This document shows, piece by piece, positions 55,888 through 64,000 of a stretch of DNA of 64,000 nt. Origin of the DNA: Giardia intestinalis. Taxonomy: Eukaryota. Under the pieces are notes generated by a model. The model did not search any database. It worked only from the letters and a program-made list of their open reading frames with translations, and was not told the DNA's origin. The translations under genes were made by a program, and so were the position numbers. How positions within the stretch are numbered: the stretch's first letter is position 1; every line of letters starts with the position of its first letter. Location: the NCBI GenBank assembly GCA_000002435.2, contig CM018793.1. One strand, given 5' to 3'.

Positions 55888-58800
55888 ATGACGCAGCCCC
55901 CTGCCTTGTCTACCCTTCAGACCATCCGCACATCAAGGATAAAGGCTGTTGACTTTCACTGCCAGCAACCATGGGTCGTGCAAGGGCTGTTCAGTGGGGA
56001 GCTGGCCCTCTATGACTGGGCAGTAGGAAGAGTCCTTAAGACCATATCTGTTTGTCCGCACCCTATTCGCGCAGTTCGTTTTCTTCCAAAGACTAGTTTT
56101 CTTCTTGTAGGTTCTGATGATGGCGTTCTACGCCTTTATGAATCTGGCTCCCTTCAGAAGCGTGCCGAAGTGACGGCTCATTCTGACTGCATCCGGGCCA
56201 TTGAGATCCATCCTACAAGTGATGAAACCGTCGTATTTACAGGTGGCGATGATGGAGTCATACGTGTCTGGAGTCTCAACAGTCAGGCTACCGGATTTAA
56301 TTTAGAGCAAGAATTGCACGGGCATGCGCACTTCGTGATGTCACTCTGCATAGACCCAGCAGGTCTCAAGCTTATCTCTGGATCGATGGACTCTACAATC
56401 AAAGCGTGGGATGTCAGCCGCCTTGTCAATATGGAGTCATTCCGTGCCAAGGCTACTATAGCCGCAGATGCTCCTGCTGTTGGGGTTCTCCAGACAAACT
56501 TCAGCACCTATACTAATGATGAAGAGGATAGAGGCCTCGCCATGACTTATGCTACTTTGGCGGCACAAGGACTTACAAGGGCAATCGGAACAGTCTTGAA
56601 AAGGGGGAGGGATGACGGGTATACGTCTGCCGATGACATGAAGACTCTTATGCCGAAAGCCACAGCGATTTCGTTGTTTACGTTATTTGGTCACGAGCAA
56701 GGGGTCAATAGCGTGTGCTGGTGCGAGAGTCTCAACAATGATGTTACAAGCAATCCGTATTACACCGGGGGATTGCAGTACATTGCATCAGGATCCGATG
56801 ATACAACTATCAGGATCTGGGACACTCACTCTCGTGCGGTCGTTCGTGAGTTTGACCACCACTCAGCAAGTGTCAGCTGTGTTTCGTATGTTACTGGTTC
56901 TAGCTATCTTCTCGCTGTTGCTGAGGATAATAATCTTTCCATCATTAATACAACGTCCATGACTTTGGAACGCACAATGAACTATAGCCTTGGGAGAATG
57001 TGGGCTGTCTCTTACAATTTTGATGTTTCTGGGGTCTATGCTGCAATTGGCTGTGACCAAGGGCTTGCTGTTGTGAGGATAGGTGAAAGTACTCTTAAAT
57101 ACGCCTCCTATGACGGATCCTCAACTGCTGGACACAGATCTTTTCTAGCAATTGCGGGAACTCCAGTTCCTGGAAGTCGTAGCATAATTCCAGGGCCAGG
57201 AGCTGGCGTAGCATTTTGCACCTTGACAGGCGCTTTAGAGCAAGTGGAATGGAAGACAATTTCACCGGAGGAGACAGGACCTTTTGTAAAGGACTTAACT
57301 TACAGCCCGAACGGTCGCTTCTTGGCCATAACTGGAGACGGTAGCTACGCACTAGTTTCTACAATGTCTCTCAAAAAGAAGATTGTCGGCTCTTGCTATG
57401 CACTCGCTTTTGCGACAGACTGTGAGCCCTTGAATTTTGTTTATAGAGACGACGCGCTGGATGAAAAGGCCTCCAAACTTTTGCTCACTGATCGTGCCGA
57501 AGAGGGGCTATACGCTATTGTTGATGAAAAACGGAGAAGACTGGCAATGCATTCTCTAGCAAAAGAAAATGTGGAGCTATGTTCTTTGAAGCTTATTTAT
57601 ACCGCCCAGACCCTTGTTTCAGGGCCCTTGCTGGCTGTGCTAGCTGAAGATGCTGTTGTATTCTTTGACTGGTCCCGAAGCTTCAAGTTCCTCTGTCAGG
57701 TCAACGTGACGGCAACATCCTTGATTTGGAGTGGCGCTGGAGACATGCTTGCAATCACTTCGCCCGCGGAAACATACATCCTTGGCATAAACTGGGGATA
57801 CATAACTGCAAATATTGATAATGAAGAAGTTTATGATAAGGAAGATGGGTTACTGAATGCGGTAGCTCTTTTGCATGTTATAGACAAGGAAGTAGAGTCC
57901 ATAGCTTTCAACACTGATGGAACCTCCATTCTTTATTGCGTAAGTCTTCGGGGGAGCTCCAGCCAACTAGAAAATTCCACTAGCCTAATTTATCAGATGA
58001 GTACCAAAGAACTTATCTCTTTGGTAAACGTATCATCTGAATCGGCTGGAATATCAATAATGCCGTCTGCCATAGTTGTAGAGGGTGCTAATAGAATATT
58101 GGGCATAGGGCTCGTTCAACCCATTAAAGAAAAGGATGGTGATGTAATTAACTTACAGAATGACCAGATCATTGTACTTGGCACGCCAATACACAATGGA
58201 TCTGGGTCGTTGCATTCTAACACCATAACCCTACTGAACGCTAGGTTAGATAACCGTATGATTAAGTTGAAGCAGCTTCTGCTGGAAAAGAAACTGCAAG
58301 AAGCACTTGAGTTGGCCCGTTGTTTCACAGAAAATACCGTTCCCGCAGCTCACCAACTTATTAAAGCAGGCTTATCTTACGAAGACGTTGAGGGAATTCT
58401 ACATAATGCCGAGCAAAAGAGTCTAATCGCTTCGTATGCTGGTCGTGTGGACATACAGCTTACTCTCTTTCCTAAATCTGCTGATTATGATAGTCCCGAA
58501 GCAAAGCGGAAGATGGGCGACTTGGCCTTTCGTAGTGGCTATTTGGAAGATGCGTATTCTCTATACAAAGACGTGGAAAATTATCCCATGTGCTTTTTGT
58601 GTGCCTATATTGTGGGTAGTGTTGAAAAGCTTAATGAGTTAAGCAGCCTCACTACTGATCTTGCTCTAAAGTATCGCATAGCTTGTGCTATTGGTAATGA
58701 CAAACTAGCCTACCAAGCGCTCGATGGGAGGGCGTGTTCCCCTCCTGAAATGGACGATGATAAACACTGTAAAGGGAACCCGGTCCTTAAGTATATATTT

Positions 58801-58899
58801 GCTGATAACCATGAAAATGTTGCTGATTCCGCAGCGCTTCTCAAAGAGGCTTGTGACTATTTAAAGAAAAGCGGAAGATTGATTACGTTCCAAGGATAA
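55888..58899 (+). CDS. COPB2: Coatomer subunit beta-prime (COPI beta' / COPB2)
   Basis: 1003 aa with a true ATG after ccttaaaaaataaaagattcagtcaga. The N-terminal double WD40 propeller is collinear with COPB2. [27 protein letters not shown] matches [28 protein letters not shown], and [32 protein letters not shown] matches [59 protein letters not shown] and [11 protein letters not shown] correspond likewise. A C-terminal alpha-solenoid follows. Confidence 0.9.
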   Translation: [1003 protein letters not shown]

Positions 58900-59169
58900 T
58901 CCAAAGATTATCTTTTATGCTACAATATTGTGAATATAGTGCTAAGATAATTTTGTCATCGATCGTGCACACCAACAATGACAGTGCGCTCCCCAGTGGG
59001 CCCTGATGCTGAGAAGCGCTTAGGCGCATGGAAACTGGCCCAGTGCCCTCTTGATATCCTTACTCTACAATTGACGCCCGACTCGGCGGCACCATCCTTG
59101 TGCCGGGTCCGAGACTGAGCCGGCGGCTGGCTCTGGAATCGGCCGGGAAGAACAGCCAAAGAGCACAGG

Positions 59170-59871
59170 CTAGTCGGCCCCGCTCAGCCACTGGTTGATA
59201 TAAAGACATTGCTCGGGAGAGATGGCGCTCCCCGGGCCACAAACATACAGGTGAGGGCACTTGCAGCAGGGGGTTGCTGCCACGTGCATGCCCTGGTGTC
59301 CAGGCACCTGGTCGTAGCTCGGGCAGTAGGAGTAGAAGTCGCTGTTGACTGATCGATATGCCGGACCCATGTTTGTGAGCATCTCCACCACAGCGCCATC
59401 TGCTATCAAGGCCCCCACGATCACCCGGACCTCCTCAGGTGTTAGAGTCCCGACCTCGTTCTTCTGAATGGCCTTGCAGATGTCATCGAAGACGACAGGC
59501 GCGCGTCCCACCGCCTTGTACACAAGGGCAGACAGCTTGGAGAGTTCGTCATCGCTGAACCGGCCGGCCAAGGACGAGGAGACGGCGTCGCTGGCCCGGG
59601 AAAGCTCCTTTGGGAAATAGTATCGCGCCTGCTTTTCCTGTACCGAGACTATCAGCTGCCGTGTTTCGAGCTTCTTCAGTGAGTCGGCGACGTTTCCTGC
59701 GGTGTAGCCCCGCCTCTGCAGGACGTCCTTCACCTCAGAGGCCGTGATTCCACGTGTCCGGGCCTTCAGCGAATGCATGCATACGACGACGTAGACATTC
59801 CGGAGATCCGTTTCCTGTAGTCCTGCATAGTTCTTCTTCATGGTTTCTGAAAGCTTCACGTCGGGGGGCAT
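59170..59871 (-). CDS. POLR3F: DNA-directed RNA polymerase III subunit RPC34/RPC6 (POLR3F)
   Basis: About 233 aa from the ATG (MPPDVKLSE) after the A/T box ctgttctaaaaaacca; the track start is TTG 11 codons upstream. It has tandem winged-helix-like segments and the C-terminal Fe-S type cysteine module CCKCPHLYVCGPGSAISPEQCLYINQWL (cf. the RPC6 C-terminus C..CP.F..C....ISP..C.YF..WL, recalled from memory). Confidence 0.72.
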   Translation of the reverse strand: MPPDVKLSETMKKNYAGLQETDLRNVYVVVCMHSLKARTRGITASEVKDVLQRRGYTAGNVADSLKKLETRQLIVSVQEKQARYYFPKELSRASDAVSSSLAGRFSDDELSKLSALVYKAVGRAPVVFDDICKAIQKNEVGTLTPEEVRVIVGALIADGAVVEMLTNMGPAYRSVNSDFYSYCPSYDQVPGHQGMHVAATPCCKCPHLYVCGPGSAISPEQCLYINQWLSGAD

Positions 59872-62800
59872 TGGTTTTTTAGAACAGGTAGTGGAGAGGC
59901 ACAAGCGTGGGCCCTGGACGGTAGCGTGACGACCAGTACTGACACAAAGGCCTTCCAGAAGTTGTGTGGCATTCGGGAGCCATAGGCTGTGCAGGGCGTT
60001 GATCTGTTATCTTGAATGATTGTGCACGCCAGGCTTCTTCAATTAGAATGGTTACTAACATTACAGCTTTCTGCTAGTCGTCCTTTGCAATCCTTCCGTG
60101 ACGGCCTTCATCTGACGCTCTATACAGCTACTCACTGCGGTGATCTCGCAAACCACGTGAAACATATCTGTGCTGCAGTAGAGCCCACCTAGACTACTCC
60201 AGACCAGAATCGCCTTGCCTTGTCCTCAGCTCCAGCGACCATAGGCTTTCCCTAGAAGGCCGACGCATCCTTCCCTACTATCGTGCAGCTGAGGATCACA
60301 TCGGGATACAGCTCTTGTTCTAAGGAAGAGCCGGGCTGCACTTGTCCTGTATACTTGCGCAGCACAGAGAACCCTACAAGTCGTAGTGCTAGGTCGTGTA
60401 GTGCGCTGTTTTGCTTTCTTGCATGGACTGCGGGGCTTATGCAAGAAAGTTGATAGCAAGAAACGTGTACACACTGGTGCTTATATCCTTCTGCTTGATA
60501 CAAGGCAGCAACGACGCGTTTTTGTACACACAGTCTAGGATTAATGGCTAAGTACCTTCACACATTGCGTGCCCTGATTTCTGCTTGCTATGGGCCTGTC
60601 TGAGCTCTACAACCCTCTGCAGAGAGAGCTAATCTACCTAACGTTAGCCAAGGCCGCATTCTGACGCTGATAAGCTGGCCACTGACTCACCAATCAACAG
60701 CACATGCCACCTTGCACTTCTACCCATAGAAGCTGCATCTCGGTGTTCTGCTTAACCATAATGTACGGCCTCTCTGCAAGACACGCGTTCCCTGTCTCGG
60801 CGCAGCCATAGTAGGATCTGTGGTCAAATGCGTAGAAGAACGTACCCAAAAGGTATCGTCTCGGCTCTCCACCTACTGTGATGCGTACTAGCATATGCCA
60901 AGTAACTAGTTCATGCGTATCTGTAAGAGTCTTCAGATACCGCGTAGATATGCGCAGAAGTACTTAACCCTGCCCGTACAGCGCGGCCCCTAGATCACAG
61001 ATCTTTGCAAACAACCTGGACCGCTATCACATGTGCTTCTCCGAGCAAGAAGGCAGTACCTCGGGCTCGCCTAAAAGTAACCGCTATGGATCAGCAATCC
61101 TTTAAGGAGTGTCTCGCTAGCATCACACGTGCCTATTGGTGGGTGGTTTGTACATCCGTGATATGGCTGTTCTTGTACCTCCAATTACTTCGAGAAAGAA
61201 CCAGGGAGCGCTCCTTGCGGATTACAGCCGTGCCACATCAAGCATGCGGCCGCACACCCTTCCAACGTGAGTGACGCACACCGCTGAGACCCATGCACGT
61301 TGCTCCGCGGTGTTGCATTGGCACGCAAGTAGGCTATTCTGAAGACTGCAAACTGTTTCAAGCACCCTGTTACTCCATTCCATATCTTGCAGACGCGCCA
61401 CAGCGGACGCTTTCACAGATGCCTATAGCAGAGGAGCTCCTTCGAAGTAAGGGTTACCTGAAGGTCTTTCTTTATATTGAGGTGACTTGCTAGCCAGCTG
61501 GTATAGGCGTCGAAGGAGCCCCATACCTCGCCTCGGCGATATACCCACCTGCGCACTCGCCGCCCTTCAAGCCTGCCTGCGCTCCCAACGAACTCGGCGA
61601 AGGTGGGCAGCAGGCGCGCTGGGAAAGTTCGGCACCCCGTGTTCCCACGACGTCTCCGATCGCAGTACTGGCGGGGCCTGACGGCGCTTCTCTTCCTAAT
61701 TCGGAACGAGTTAAGGAGTTTCCGCCGTAGGATGGCCGAACTGGCGGTCGGTGGGGCTGTGCAATGCACAAAAGACTTGAGCTTGTAAATTTAGCTTGTT
61801 ACAATTGGTCTATCGCCGGGGCTGTGTACAAGGGCTGACCAATCGAAATGGGATAAGCGGAACGGTCTCTTGCCGAGGAAAAAGATCGCGCCCGAGGCAG
61901 TGCTGGAGTCGTCCTCGAGGGCAAACATCTGGGGACAGCTACCAACATGCGACCCCTGCCAACCAGCACACGGAATTTGGTCGATAAGCTGACTAGGCAG
62001 CATGCATCTAGGGGATTAGCGTTTACCAAAGGACCACGCGCAGTCTCTTGAATAGATGAGATGTCGCGTTTGGGTCGAAGGCAGTTAGGTAGCTTCTAGC
62101 CCCCAGAATGCTAACCAGTGCCCTGTAGGCTGTCTTGCTAGCACTTGCCTTTCTGCACCCACTGATTGCAGTGTGTCGAACGGATAGCTTCTAGAAGGTA
62201 ATGCTAGATTCAGGAGGGATCACCGCGGAGCCCTCCGGCACGTGCTTAGTCAATTAAGGGGTACTACTACGATGTGTATCACATACTATAGCCAGTTACG
62301 CCAGCATGGGAGGCTAGCCATGTCTGGGAAGTAGTAGCTAGTGACACGGTCGACTGCCGGCCATGAGAGCTCCGCGGGGCTGTTCTACTGCGGCTCCATC
62401 CTTACACAGAAGGTGCTGCTATGGGCTAGGATGCGCTGCAGTCCATCAAAACTTGATGGCGAGAGTCTCGATGAAGACGGAGACGTGCGTGTTCTGAGGG
62501 CTGATCCTGCTTCTATTGGTACCTTATCATGCGCTGCTCTCCGTGAAGCAATAGAACTGCATGCCGGGAGCTTCATTTATATGTACACATGACAAAGCAG
62601 GAACAAGTAGTTCTCTTGGCTGCTGATCAATGGCACCTCTGTAGCCTACGTCGATCCGGTGGCGAGCCGGCTATTGAAGCTTCCTGTGTCCAATACTAAT
62701 ACTGCCTACGACGGGCGCCATACTAGCCAAGAATTTGGATAAACAATACCACGATTCATGGGTACGGAGAGTGGCTAGATCGCGTGACTATGCCTTCCAG

Positions 62801-64000
62801 TTCTCTGCTCACCGCTGGCCGCGCACCAGCTATCTTGGATGCCACAAGAAAAGAGATCAAGCGTTATGCTCTCATTACAAGTATCTCTACGTGGCTCAAC
62901 AGAATACCTGCCCTGGCACTGTATGCGTTCTAAGGGCCTCTTACTCAACGAGCAGGACACGGACCCTGTGGTGCTACATCCAGACACAGGAAGGGTGGAG
63001 GCTGACTGCTAGAGACAGTACGGGCCTGCACTGCCTGTCAGGCCAGTCGGATCCTCATGCGCTCTCCGGCCCCTCTGCTGGGCGCTGAGTCCTTGCTAAC
63101 CTTAGTTACACACCGTCCGCGGAAGCACATGCGGCAGACCTCGCGGACATGCAGGTGTGCTCCGAAGTCTAGTAACCTGGGCACAGGATGCTGTGGCCAT
63201 CTGGTTAGTATTACAGCTTCATCCTGGGCGCGTACAGGTGACCCAGATTGGCACGGGACGTACGGGAAACCGACGGAAGCCATCTGGTGGCGGGATGCAC
63301 CACAACCAGCCCCGTCGCCCGATATAAGATACCTCCAGCTGGAAACAAAGTATTCTGTACTGATACGTGCTCGTTCAGAGGTGTGCCCTATTTATCACTT
63401 CCTGCTCGGGTAGTCGGGAGCTAGCTGTTTAGTGCATCTGCCTAAAGCTAAGTAAAGGCAATAGTGGGCACAGCAGCCAAGAACGGCCAATCAGACAGCC
63501 ACCGGACGCACCTCTTCGCTGTTATCATTGTCAAATCTGGAAGCAGCTGGTGCTTTATTGACACACTATGAGTGGCTGCCTGGTCCCAGCCTTCTCCCAT
63601 GTTGCAGCACAATGCCCACACACCGCAAGGGGCGCACAAGTACTCGGTGCGTATGTTACAGGGCTTGTATGATCGTGGATGGCCGACATGAGGCTAATCT
63701 TTTTGCTTCAAGTAACTTGGTTGATGAAGGATATGGAGCTGTGGTCTTCAGGGATAGCCTCTGGTCCATCATTGCGAGATCAGCCATAGATAAGCATGAG
63801 TATATCCAGTCACACCACAGTGGAGCCCTTAGCCAAGGATGGCAAATGCTCAAGGCCCAACGTCCAAGAAAGATATACAAGTGCTCGGTCCCTTCTTCTG
63901 AGAGCCCAGCATCCTCCCAGCGGGTCTGGAGGCCATGGTGCTCTTCATAAGGAAGGGTATAAGAGTCAGACGTAATTGCTGACTAGTCACTGTTCTGAAT

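Noticed and set aside
1-64000. tRNA, rRNA, CRISPR, operon or prokaryotic interpretations (prompted by GTG/TTG starts in the ORF track)
   Set aside because: Scanning for GGTTCGA(A/T)TCC-type T-arm motifs found no convincing tRNA. No rRNA-like ultra-GC block and no short direct repeat arrays were seen. The gene content (coatomer, NOL10, Pol III RPC34, ankyrin arrays, hydin) is eukaryotic. The non-ATG starts are ORF-caller artefacts, and in each checked case an ATG with an A/T-rich box lies a few codons downstream.

Overview
This window looks like eukaryotic DNA, most likely from a diplomonad of the Giardia intestinalis type (inference). Evidence for that: genes are intronless and tightly packed on both strands with intergenic gaps of only 7-400 bp. 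Short A/T-rich boxes abut the start ATGs, and AGTRAAY-like poly(A) signals sit at or just after stop codons. The gene content also fits: a PPi-dependent phosphofructokinase with the GGDDS motif, ankyrin-repeat plus coiled-coil ('protein 21.1'-like) proteins, a VSP/tenascin-like CxxC/EGF-like cysteine-rich protein, and several >3000-aa ORFs. I call about 20 protein-coding genes. The better-supported calls are PPi-PFK, coatomer beta-prime (COPB2), nucleolar protein 10 (NOL10/Enp2), a DEAD(DECD)-box helicase with a DUF4217 tail, Pol III subunit RPC34/RPC6, a Hip/ST13-like TPR-STI1 co-chaperone, and a 4034-aa hydin-like flagellar central-pair protein. The weaker calls are a 7TM LUSTR/GPR107-like protein, a divergent SR-beta-like pseudo-GTPase, a membrane-anchored TIM-barrel glycosidase-like protein and a large type I membrane protein. 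Three giant ORFs (4034, 3417 and 3118 aa) take up about half of the window. The provided ORF track uses GTG/TTG starts in several places, so I trimmed those CDS to the first in-frame ATG where I could verify it. Coordinates are +/-1-3 nt because my manual base counting disagreed with the track by 1 nt at one locus. I found no tRNA, rRNA, CRISPR or clear transposon. The most unusual structures are two ORF-poor GC-rich islands (~30.65-32.55 kb and ~59.95-64.0 kb) in an otherwise fully coding landscape, a secreted cysteine-rich protein that lacks the usual membrane anchor, and the pair of uncharacterised convergent giant genes lying next to the hydin-like gene.
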